Shown here one piece after another: positions 1 to 8,327 of a stretch of 13,420 nucleotides of DNA; position 1 is the first letter of the stretch, and each line of letters starts with the position of its first letter. The DNA is from Prasinococcaceae sp. CCMP 1430. Its lineage: Eukaryota > Plantae > Prasinodermophyta. The position numbers and the translations under genes were made by a program. Location: contig RQSC01000757.1 of the NCBI GenBank assembly GCA_013416795.1, forward strand, positions 1 through 13,420, given 5' to 3'. The notes below the pieces were generated by a model. It was not told the DNA's origin and did not search any database. It saw only the letters and a program-made list of their open reading frames with translations.

Positions 1-67
1 CGCGCCGCGCGCGCCGCCCCCGCCCCCGCTTCGCGCTTCGCCGCCCAAATTACGGCCGAAATGTTTT

Positions 68-770
68 CCCGCGAAGTACATCAAAGTCTATGAACTCCCG
101 AGATGATTTCATAGACTTTGACCTAAAACGCTTGATATAAAAAGTCTATGAAACATGCGGTTCGACCCATCGAATGTCTTGGGGGGCTGAGCAGAGGTCA
201 AAGCCCAGGCTGGGCGCCCCCGCCGAAACTTCGCGGTTCACGCTAAATCTGCACTCGAAATATCTCCCCGCGAAGTACATCAAAGTCTATGAACTCCCGC
301 GAGGATGTCATAGACTTTGAACTAAAACGCCTGATATAAAAAGTCTATGAAACACGCGGTTGGGCCCGTCGAAATGCGGGAAGGCCCCACGGGCGCGCGC
401 CCGCCGCCCTCGTCAAAACGCACGCGCGCGGGGCGCCGTTCCCGCTTCGCAGAATAAAATATTATCTAAAATATGTGCCGTAATCCATATCAAAGTCTAT
501 GAACTCCCGCGAGGATTTCATGGACTTTGACCTAAAACGCTTGATGTAAAAAGTCTATGAAACACGCGGAAGGGACGCGCGAAAAGCTGCGCCCCCCCCG
601 CGCACGAAAATCGAGGGCAAAACGCACGCGAGCATTTCGCGCTTGGCTTGAAAAAGTTCAATCAAAATGTGTTCCCGCGAAATATATCAAAGTCTATGAA
701 CTCCCGAGATGATTTCATAGACTTTGACCTAAAACGCTTGATGTAAAAAGTCTATGAAACACGCGGTTCG
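68..770. repeat. Four-copy tandem array (periods 199, 210 and 197 bp) with a conserved ~90-bp core containing TCAAAGTCTATGAA / TTCATAGACTTTGA / AAAGTCTATGAA and diverged linkers
   Basis: Forward motif at 81-94, 280-293, 490-503 and 687-700. Its reverse complement at 108-121, 307-320, 517-530 and 714-727 (single mismatches in copies 2 and 3). A third, forward 12-mer at 141-152, 340-351, 550-561 and 747-758. Linkers between cores share only short patches. Confidence 0.95.
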
Positions 771-814
771 GACCGTCGAAATTTCGGGAGCCCCGGCGCG
801 CCGCAATTTGCTGG

Positions 815-1041
815 AAACCCTTCCGGGCGCCCGACCAAACCCAAAGTGGCGCGCGCGCGCGCGCGCCCGCGCGCGCGCGGGCGGGGGGGGGCTCCGAAAC
901 CCTGAAGTCGTTGACCCAAATCTGACCAACCCAAAATGGGGCGCGCGCGCGCGCGCGCTCGGCGGGGGACTAACCCTTTTTCTTTTTAACCCTTACGCGA
1001 CCAACCCAAAGGTGCCCCCGGGCGCGCCAGATGGTAACCCT
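815..1041. repeat. Second degenerate repeat: about three units of GACCAA(A)CCCAAA - GC-rich/(CG)n - AACCCT
   Basis: GACCAAACCCAAA at 833, GACCAACCCAAA at 924 and 999. (A/T)AACCCT at 815, 897, 971, 987 and 1035. (CG)n tracts at ~849-879 and ~941-958. Confidence 0.65.
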
Positions 1042-1385
1042 GTAGGCTTCGACCCCAAGGTCCTCACTAGGCGCGTAGGGAAGCCCGGCGGGAAGGACGG
1101 CCGCTGCGCGGCGGCGGCCGAGCGCGCGGAGCGCACTCGTTCGCGCGCAGCCAGAGCGCGCTCCTCCTCCCGCTTAGCTCGATCCTCCTCCATCGCCTTT
1201 TCGGCGATGGAGGAGTAGAGGCTCTCCGAGGCCTCGGCCATCATGGCCGCGGCCTCGGCGGACGAGCTTGTGGCGGCCATCCGTGCCACCAGATCTGGCA
1301 AGGAGGGGGCGATCTGCCCAAGGCCATCACGGAGTGAATCCGTCATGCCCTTGAGGATCAGATCCTCCTCCTCCGTGCCAGGCAT
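993..1385 (-). CDS. Hypothetical 130-aa protein, helical/coiled-coil middle (EKAMEEDRAKREEERALAARER), no recognisable family; 3' end uncertain
   Basis: ATG in a GCCACC-ATG context, preceded by a C/A-rich leader like that of the FG-GAP genes. Codons mostly GC3-rich and natural-looking for the first ~100 aa. The last ~25 codons overlap the 815-1041 repeat, and a GTGAG donor-like site sits at 1067 (minus strand). Confidence 0.55.
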   Translation of the reverse strand: MPGTEEEDLILKGMTDSLRDGLGQIAPSLPDLVARMAATSSSAEAAAMMAEASESLYSSIAEKAMEEDRAKREEERALAARERVRSARSAAAAQRPSFPPGFPTRLVRTLGSKPTGLPSGAPGGTFGLVA

Positions 1386-1697
1386 GGTGGCGCGGATGGG
1401 GGCGTTGGGGGCGGGGGTGTTATGCTGCGGGCACGCGCCCGCGCGCGCGCGCGCGTGGGCGCGTCACAGCGCGCGCGGGGAGGGGGTTGTGGGAGCGCCC
1501 CCGTTCGCGGCGCCCTCGCGGGGAAAGGGGGGCGGTGGTGGCGGGGAAGCGCGCGCGAGCGGGAGGGGCAGGGGTGTGTGGGGGGTGGAGCGCGGAGAGA
1601 AGCTCGCGCGCGTGCTTGCGCTCGCTCGCTCGCTCGCTCGCGCGCGGTCGCGGTCTCGCCCGCGCGGTCGACGTGCCGGCGGCGCGTCGGAGTCCGC

Positions 1698-1739
1698 NNN
1701 NNNNNNNNNNNNNNNNNNNNNNNNNNNNNNNNNNNNNNN
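1698..1739. other. Assembly gap (42 N)
   Basis: Run of N bases; contiguity across it is not sequence-supported. Confidence 1.
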
Positions 1740-1857
1740 CCGCGACAGTCGCAGCCGACGCGCGGCGCGCTTTCAGGAGGAGTGGGGTCGCTGTTCCGCG
1801 GCGGGGGTGGGGGGAGGCGAACGTGCGCGCGCATCCACGCGGGGCGCGCGTGCGAGG

Positions 1858-2045
1858 CACCCGCCTGCGCAGCCTTCGCTCGCCAGCAGCGCGCGCGCGC
1901 TCCCCGCTCGCAGGCGCACCGTGCCTCCTCGTTGGACGGCGCCGTCATGCTGGTGGTTGTATTTTTGGATCGCAGCCCCGCCCGCAGCGCGCGCGCGCTC
2001 CCCGCACGCAACGTTGCACGCCGGTGGCCGCTGACGCTCGACGCT
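1858..2045 (+). promoter_or_regulatory. Conserved non-coding block upstream of FG-GAP gene A (paralogue of 8066-8254)
   Basis: About 190 nt aligns to 8066-8254 at roughly 85% identity by eye. It contains the palindrome GACGGCGCCGTC (1935-1946), an internal repeat GCGCGCGCTCCCCGC and CTGAC at 2031. Confidence 0.7.
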
Positions 2046-2091
2046 TTCCCCGCGACATCTAGCTTCCCACCAACAGCAGCTGGCTCTCAAC

Positions 2092-3581
2092 ATGTCGCCC
2101 CCTCGTCGACCCAGCGTCGCGCTGCTGGCGGCGATGCTGGGGACATCGGCGGTGCGTATGACGCATGCAACCCTCATGGAGGAGGTGTCCAAGCTGCTGG
2201 CCAGCGACGGCGCGGAGCGTGACACTTTCGGCTTAAGCGTGGCGCTCTCGGGCGACTACGCGCTGGTGGGCGCTCCAGATGATGACGACGACGGCGGCGA
2301 CTATGACTATGCTGACGGCGACGATAGCGGCAGCGCGTACGGCGACTACGCGCTGGTGGGCGCTCCAGATGATGACGACGACGGCGGCGACTATGACTAT
2401 GCTGACGGCGACGATAGCGGCAGCGCGTACGTGTTTGTGCGGTCGGGGACGTCGTGGTCGCAGCAGGCCAAGCTGGTGGCCAGCGACGGCGCGGCAAATG
2501 ACAACTTCGGCTACAGCGTGGCACTCTCGGGCGACCACGCGCTGGTGGGCGCTCCAGATGATGACGACGGCGGCGCCTCCAGCGGCAGCGCGTACGTGTT
2601 CGTTCGGTCGGGGACGTCGTGGTCGCAGCAGGCCAAGCTGGTGGCCAGCGACGCCGCGGCGGGTGACGCCTTCGGCTGGAGCGTGGCGCTCTCGGGCGAC
2701 CACGCGCTGGTGGGCGCTCTATATGACGACGACGGCGGCTCCTACAGCGGCAGCGCGTACGTGTTCGTGCGTTCGGGGACGTCGTGGTCGCAGCAAGACA
2801 AGCTTGTGGCCGACGACGCCGCAGCAAATGACTACTTCGGCGTCAGCGTGGCGCTCTCGGGCGACTACGCGCTGGTGGGCGCTTTTGCGGATGACGACAA
2901 CGGCGCCTCCAGCGGCAGCGCGTACGTGTTCGTGCGGAATGGGACGTCGTGGTCGCAGCAGGCCAAGCTGGTGGCCAGCGACGGCGCTGCGTATGACCTT
3001 TTCGGCTACAGCGTGGCGCTCTCGGGCGAATACGCGCTGGTTGGCGCGGATTTCGACGACGACGACGGCTCCGACAGCGGCAGCGCGTACGTGTTCGTTC
3101 GGTCGGGGACGTCGTGGTCGCAGCAGGCGAAGCTCGTGGCCAGCGACGCCGCGATGGGTGATTCGTTCGGCTTCAGCGTGGCGCTCTCGGGCGACCACGC
3201 GCTGGTGGGCGCTGTATATGACGTCGACGGCGGCTCCGCCGGCGGCAGCGCGTACGTGTTCGTGCGTTCGGGCACGTCGTGGTCGCAGCAGGCCAAGCTG
3301 GTGGCCAGCGACGCCGCGGCGGGTGACCGCTTCGGCTACAGCGTGGCGCTCTCGGGCGACTACGCGCTGGTGGGCGCTTTATTTGATGACGACAACGGCG
3401 ACGATAGCGGCAGCGCGTACGTCTTTGATCTGACCGCATCGAGCCCGCCTCCCAGCCCGCCTCCGAGCCCGCCTCCGACCCCGCCTCCGACCCCGCCTCC
3501 GCCGACCCCGCCTCCGACCCCGCCTCCGAGCCCGCCTCCAACCCTTCCTCCTCCGAGTCCTCCTTCGAGTCCTCCGCCGAA
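2092..3581 (+). CDS. FG-GAP repeat (integrin-alpha-like) 7-blade beta-propeller surface protein, segment A: signal peptide + 7 repeats + start of a Ser/Thr-Pro stalk; breaks frame at ~3581
   Basis: N-terminus MSPPRRPSVALLAAMLGTSAVRMTHA is signal-peptide-like. Seven ~55-aa repeats [32 protein letters not shown] ending VFDLT at 3435, then (S/T)PPP repeats. The correct product is not the 568-aa ORF, whose tail is out of frame. Confidence 0.88.
2251..2430 (+). repeat. Perfect in-frame 90-bp tandem duplication within blade 1 of segment A
   Basis: 2251-2340 is identical to 2341-2430 ([30 protein letters not shown] x2). Confidence 0.97.
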
Positions 3582-6500
3582 AGCGGCAGCGCGTACGTGT
3601 TCGTGCGGTCGGGGACGTCGTGGTCGCAGCAGGCCAAGCTGGTTGCCAGCGACGCCGCGGCGGATGCTAGCTTCGGCTGGAGCGTGGCGCTCTCGGGCGA
3701 CTACGCGCTGGTTGGCGCGTTTTGGAACGACGGCAACCCTGTCACCTCGTACGTCTTCGTGCGTTCGGGGACGTCGTGGTCGCAGCAGGCCCAGCTGATG
3801 GCCGACGACGGCGCGTACGATGACCGCTTCGGCTACAGCGTGGCGCTCTCGGGCGACTACGCGCTGGTGGGCGCTCCTCACGACGACGACAGTGGCGTCA
3901 ACAGCGGCAGCGCGTACGTGTTCGTGCGCAATGGGACGTCGTGGTCGCAGCAGGCCAAGCTGGTGGCCAGCGATGGCGTGGCGTATGACGAATTCGGCTA
4001 CAAGGCGGCGCTCTCCGGCGACTACGCGCTGGTTGGCGCCCCTTTTGACGGCGACGACAGCGGCAGCGCGTACGTCTTCTTTCGCTCGGGGACGTCGTGG
4101 TCGCAGCAGGCCAAGCTGGTGGCCGGCGACGCCGCGATGGGTGACTCGTTCGGCTCCGGCGTGGCGCTCTCGGGCGACTACGCGCTGGTGGGCGCTGTAT
4201 ATGACGGCGACGGCGGGGACAAGAGCGGCAGCGCGTACGTGTTCGTGCGGTCGGGGACGTCGTGGTCGCAGCAAGCCAAGCTGGTGGCAAGCGACGGCGC
4301 GGCGGATGACTACTTCGGCCTCAGCGTGGCGCTCTCGGGCGACTACGCGCTGGTTGGCTCTTATTTTGACGACAACGACGGCGGCGACGATAGCGGCAGC
4401 GCGTACGTCTTTGATCTGACCCCCTCGAGCCCGCCTCCGAGCCCGCCTCCGAGCCCGCCGCCGAGCCCGCCGCCGAGCCAGGTCAAGCTTCTGCCCAGCA
4501 ACGCCACGGATTCTGGCAACTTCGGCGTCAGCGTGGCGCTCTCGGGCGACTACGCGCTGGTGGGCGCTCATGGGGACGGCGACAACGGCTTCATGAGTGG
4601 CAGCGCGTACGTCTTTTTTCGGTCGGGGACGTCGTGGTCGCAGCAGGCCAAGCTGGTGGCCAGCGACGGCGCGGCGGACGCCAACTTCGGCTGGAGCGTG
4701 GCGCTCTCTGGCGACTACGCGCTGGTGGGCGCTTATGGGGACGGCAACAACGGCTCCTACAGCGGCAGCGCGTACGTGTTCTTGCGCAATGGGACGTCGT
4801 GGTCGCAGCAGGCCAAGCTGGTGGCCAGCGACGGTGTGGAGTATGACAACTTCGGCTCGAGCGTGGCGCTCTCGGGCGACTATGCTCTGGTTGGCGTGCC
4901 TTACGACGGCGACGTCGGCGACGACAGGAACGGCAGCGCGTGCGTCTTTTTTCGGTCGGGGACGTCGTGGTCGCAGCAGGCCAAGCTTGTGGCAAGCGAC
5001 GGCGCGGACAATGACTACTTCGGCTACAGCGTGGCGCTCTCGGGCGACTACGCGCTGGTGGGCGCTCCTGATGACGACGACAGCGGCTTCAACAGCGGAA
5101 GCGCGTACGTTTTCGTTCGCAATGGGACGTCGTGGTTGCAGCAGGCCAAGCTGGTGGCCAGCGACGCCGCGGACAATGACAACTTCGGCTACAGCGTGGC
5201 GCTCTCGGGCGACTACGCGCTGGTGGGCGCTCCTGATGACAACGATAGCGGCTTCAACAGCGGAAGCGCGTACGTGTTCTTGCGCTCGGGAACGTTGTGG
5301 TCGCAGCAGGCCAAGCTGGTGGCCAGCGACGGCGCGGAGTTTGGTGGCTTTGGAACCAGCGTGGCACTCTCGGGCGACTACGCGCTGGTGGGCGTTCCTT
5401 ACGACGCCGTCGGCGGCGACGACAGCGGAAGCGCGTACCTGTTCGCGCGGTCGGGGGCGTCGTGGTCGCAGCAGTCCAAGCTGGTGGCCAGCGATGGTGC
5501 GGAGTATGACAACTTCGGCTACAGCGTGGCGCTCTCCGGCGACTATGCGCTGGTGGGCGCTCATTATGACGACAACGACAGCGGCGTCGATAGCGGCAGC
5601 GCGTACGTCTTTGATCTGACCCCCTCGAGCCCGCCTCCGAGCCCGCCGCCGAGTCCCCCTCCGAGTCCTCTGCCGAGCCAGGTCAAGCTGCTGGCCAGCG
5701 ACGCCACGGACGCTGACAACTTCGGCGTCAGCGTGGCGCTCTCGGGCGACTACGCGCTGGTGGGCTTGCCTTACGACGGCGACGTCGGCGACGACAGGAA
5801 CGGCAGCGCGTGCGTCTTTTTTCGGTCGGGGACGTCGTGGTCGCAGCAGGCCAAGCTTGTGGCAAGCGACGGCGCGGACAATGACTACTTCGGCTACAGC
5901 GTGGCGCTCTCGGGCGACTACGCGCTGGTTGGCGCTCCTGATGACAACGACAGCGGCTTCAACAGCGGCAGCGCGTACGTTTTCGTGCGCTCGGGGACCT
6001 CGTGGTTGCAGCAGTCCAAGCTGGTGGCCAGCGACGCCGCGGCGGGTGACAACTTCGGCTACAGCGTGGCCCTCTCGGCCGACTACGCGCTGGTGGGCGC
6101 TCCTTTTGACGCCGATGGCGGCTCCGCCAGCGGCAGCGCGTACGTGTTCGTGCGGAATGGGACGTCGTGGTCGCAGCAGGCCAAGCTGGTGGCCAGCGAC
6201 GGCGCTGCGTATGACCGTTTCGGCTACAGCGTGGCGCTCTCGGGCGAATACGCGCTGGTTGGCGCCCCTGATGACGACGACAGCGGCTTCAACAGCGGCA
6301 GCGCGTACCTCTTCGTGCGCTCGGGGACTTCGTGGTTGCAGCAGTCCAAGCTGGTGGCCAGCGACGCCGCGGCGGGTGACAACTTCGGCTACAGCGTGGC
6401 CCTCTCGGCCGACTACGCGCTGGTGGGCGCTCCTTTTGACGCCGATGGCGGCTCCGCCAGCGGCAGCGCGTACGTGTTCGTGCGGAATGGGACGTCGTGG

Positions 6501-7625
6501 TCGCAGCAGGCCAAGCTGGTAGCCGACGACGGCGCTGCGTATGACCTTTTCGGCCGCAGCGTGGCGCTCTCGCGCGACTACGCGCTGGTGGGCGCTTATG
6601 GGGACGACGACAATGGCTCCAACAGTGGCAGCGCGTACGTTTTCGTTCGCAATGGGACGTCGTGGTCGCAGCAGTCCAAGCTGCTGGCCAGCGACGGCGC
6701 CGCGGACGACAACTTCGGCTACAGCGTGGCGCTCTCTGGCGACTACGCGCTGGTGGGCGCTCATTATGACGACAACGACAGCGGCGTCGATAGCGGCAGC
6801 GCGTACGTCTTTGATCTGACCCCCTCGAGCCCGCCTCCGAGCCCGCCTCCGAGTCTCCCTCCGAGCCCTCCGCCAAGCCCTGAGCCGAGCCCGCCTCCGA
6901 GTCTACCGCCGAGCCCTCCTCCGAGCCCGCCGCCTCCGAGCCCTCCTCCGAGCCCTCCTCCGAGCCCTCCGCCGAAGCCTCCGCCGAAGCCTCCGCCGAG
7001 CCCGCCTCCGAGCCCTCCTCCGAGCCCTCCGCCGAACCCGCCTCCGAGCCCACCTCCTCCGAGCCCTCCACCGAGCCCTCCGCCGGGCCTTCCGCCGAAT
7101 CCTCCTCCGAGCCCACCTCCGAGCCCGCCTTCGAGCCCACCTCCTCCGAGCCCACCTCCGAGCCCGCCTTCGAGCCCACCTCCTCCGAGCCCACCTCCGA
7201 GCCCGCCTTCGAGCCCACCTCCTCCGAGCCCACCTCCGAGCCCGCCTTCGAGCCCACCTCCTGCGAGCCCACCTCCGAGCCCGCCTCCGAGCCCACCTCC
7301 TCCGAGCCCTCCTCCGAGCCCGCCTCCGAGCCCTCCTCCTCCGATCCCACCTTCGGGTTCGCCTTCGAGCCCTTCTCCTCCTCATCCTCCTCCTAGCCCG
7401 CCTCCTTTGAGCCCGCCTCCTCGGAGCCGACCACCACCACCACCTCCTCCGAGCCCGCCTCAGAGGACTTCCGCGCCTCCCCGCGCCGGCGCCATCGCCG
7501 CCGGCAGCGTCGCCGCCGCCGCCGCGGTGGCCGCCGCCCTCTTCCTGCGGTTGCGCAGCAGGAGGCCGAAGGATGGTGGCCTCACCGACGGGACGACTCC
7601 CTCCTCTTCCGCCAACCGCGTGTGA
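3582..7625 (+). CDS. FG-GAP multi-propeller type-I membrane protein, segment B: partial propeller (5 full blades + remnant), two 7-blade propellers, Ser-Pro stalk, TM helix, short cytoplasmic tail; own N-terminus absent
   Basis: Frame +3 starts mid-blade (SGSAYVF at 3582). Modules ~3582-4421, ~4476-5621 and ~5676-6821 each end in VFDLT, with SPPP linkers. Stalk 6822-~7463, Ala-rich hydrophobic segment [19 protein letters not shown] at 7491-7547 followed by basic RLRSRRPK, stop TGA at 7623-7625. Confidence 0.9.
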   Translation, partial: SGSAYVFVRSGTSWSQQAKLVASDAAADASFGWSVALSGDYALVGAFWNDGNPVTSYVFVRSGTSWSQQAQLMADDGAYDDRFGYSVALSGDYALVGAPHDDDSGVNSGSAYVFVRNGTSWSQQAKLVASDGVAYDEFGYKAALSGDYALVGAPFDGDDSGSAYVFFRSGTSWSQQAKLVAGDAAMGDSFGSGVALSGDYALVGAVYDGDGGDKSGSAYVFVRSGTSWSQQAKLVASDGAADDYFGLSVALSGDYALVGSYFDDNDGGDDSGSAYVFDLTPSSPPPSPPPSPPPSPPPSQVKLLPSNATDSGNFGVSVALSGDYALVGAHGDGDNGFMSGSAYVFFRSGTSWSQQAKLVASDGAADANFGWSVALSGDYALVGAYGDGNNGSYSGSAYVFLRNGTSWSQQAKLVASDGVEYDNFGSSVALSGDYALVGVPYDGDVGDDRNGSACVFFRSGTSWSQQAKLVASDGADNDYFGYSVALSGDYALVGAPDDDDSGFNSGSAYVFVRNGTSWLQQAKLVASDAADNDNFGYSVALSGDYALVGAPDDNDSGFNSGSAYVFLRSGTLWSQQAKLVASDGAEFGGFGTSVALSGDYALVGVPYDAVGGDDSGSAYLFARSGASWSQQSKLVASDGAEYDNFGYSVALSGDYALVGAHYDDNDSGVDSGSAYVFDLTPSSPPPSPPPSPPPSPLPSQVKLLASDATDADNFGVSVALSGDYALVGLPYDGDVGDDRNGSACVFFRSGTSWSQQAKLVASDGADNDYFGYSVALSGDYALVGAPDDNDSGFNSGSAYVFVRSGTSWLQQSKLVASDAAAGDNFGYSVALSADYALVGAPFDADGGSASGSAYVFVRNGTSWSQQAKLVASDGAAYDRFGYSVALSGEYALVGAPDDDDSGFNSGSAYLFVRSGTSWLQQSKLVASDAAAGDNFGYSVALSADYALVGAPFDADGGSASGSAYVFVRNGTSWSQQAKLVADDGAAYDLFGRSVALSRDYALVGAYGDDDNGSNSGSAYVFVRNGTSWSQQSKLLASDGAADDNFGYSVALSGDYALVGAHYDDNDSGVDSGSAYVFDLTPSSPPPSPPPSLPPSPPPSPEPSPPPSLPPSPPPSPPPPSPPPSPPPSPPPKPPPKPPPSPPPSPPPSPPPNPPPSPPPPSPPPSPPPGLPPNPPPSPPPSPPSSPPPPSPPPSPPSSPPPPSPPPSPPSSPPPPSPPPSPPSSPPPASPPPSPPPSPPPPSPPPSPPPSPPPPIPPSGSPSSPSPPHPPPSPPPLSPPPRSRPPPPPPPSPPQRTSAPPRAGAIAAGSVAAAAAVAAALFLRLRSRRPKDGGLTDGTTPSSSANRV
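6822..7463 (+). repeat. Extensin-like (Ser-Pro3-4)n coding minisatellite (stalk)
   Basis: Repeated CCGAGCCC(G/A/T)CCT units encoding SPPP/SPPPP with PPK, PPN and PPG variants. Confidence 0.95.
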
Positions 7626-7692
7626 CGGCCACCAACACTGGCGCGTCCCCTCTCCCTCGCTTTGCGGACCTCCCGCTCCCCGCGAGCGCGGC

Positions 7693-7740
7693 GGAAAGGG
7701 AAAGGGAAAGGGAAAATGAAACGGAAATGGAAATGGAAAT
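7693..7740. repeat. GGAAA(G/T) hexamer microsatellite downstream of the segment B stop codon
   Basis: GGAAAGGGAAAGGGAAAGGGAAAATGAAACGGAAATGGAAATGGAAAT. Confidence 0.8.
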
Positions 7741-8065
7741 CCCCCCTAACGAATACTGTAGCAATCCCCCTTTTTATTGCCCACACAGACACAGATCAGA
7801 ACAGATCGCATCGACTTCAAATCCGAACCCATCAATGAACAAGAGACCGACACCACGCGTTTTATGAGTTGGGCGCACCTCTCTCTCGCGCCGGCCGGCC
7901 GGCCAAAAGGTCGGTTGGTCGATTGACGGCCTCCGTCGCGCGCTCGGCCCTGGCTGGCGCCCCCGTCCTCCCTGTGGGGGAGGGGGGCGCCGGGGCGCGC
8001 GCGCGGGGCGGGGCGCCCGAGTTCTCGCGCGGCGAGGGGTCGAACGCGCGCGGGGCAGCGCGGGC

Positions 8066-8254
8066 CACCCGCGTGCGCGGCCTTGGCTCGTCAGCAGCGC
8101 GCGCGCGCTCCCCGCACGCAGGCGCACCGCGCCTCCACGTGGGACGGTGCCGTCATGCGAGTGGTTGCATGTTGGGATCGCAGCCCGGCGCCCGCGGTGC
8201 GCGTGCGCTCCCCGCACGCAAGGTTGCGCGCGCTCCCCGCTGACGCTCGACGCT
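8066..8254 (+). promoter_or_regulatory. Conserved non-coding block upstream of FG-GAP gene C (paralogue of 1858-2045)
   Basis: Aligns with 1858-2045; GACGGTGCCGTC at 8143-8154, CTGAC at 8240, CAG at 8271-8273. Confidence 0.7.
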
Positions 8255-8327
8255 CACCCGACGACAACAACAGCTCCTCCCTCCCCCAAAACAACAACAA
8301 AACACCCCCCATCCAACCCCAACAACA

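Noticed and set aside
68-770. CRISPR array (palindromic repeats with variable spacers)
   Set aside because: Repeats (~90 bp) and spacers (~110 bp) are far longer than CRISPR norms, spacers retain patches of mutual homology, there are no cas genes, and the context is eukaryotic.
1561-1585. G-quadruplex motif; also (CG)n Z-DNA-prone tracts at 849-879, 941-958 and 1438-1455
   Set aside because: Expected frequently in such GC-rich intergenic DNA; nothing indicates a specific function.
729-2225. Many Arg/Ala-rich ORFs (e.g. 754-1218, 1243-2034, 1358-2011, 1422-2222; likewise 7774-8243)
   Set aside because: They arise from stop-poor (CG)n low-complexity DNA, and several read through the N gap; no domain signal.
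3570-3600. Programmed -1 ribosomal frameshift joining A and B
   Set aside because: No X XXY YYZ slippery heptamer, and the downstream sequence starts mid-blade, which points to a DNA-level junction or error.
3360-6764. 1134-aa minus-strand ORF (also 8254-9837, 2233-2703 and 2719-3198)
   Set aside because: Antisense shadows of the GC3-biased FG-GAP repeats; the translation mirrors the repeat period and has no independent features.
2092-7625. A true integrin alpha subunit
   Set aside because: Only the FG-GAP propeller is shared; there are no thigh/calf domains, no GFFKR tail motif and no DxDxDG calcium loops between the FG and GAP motifs.
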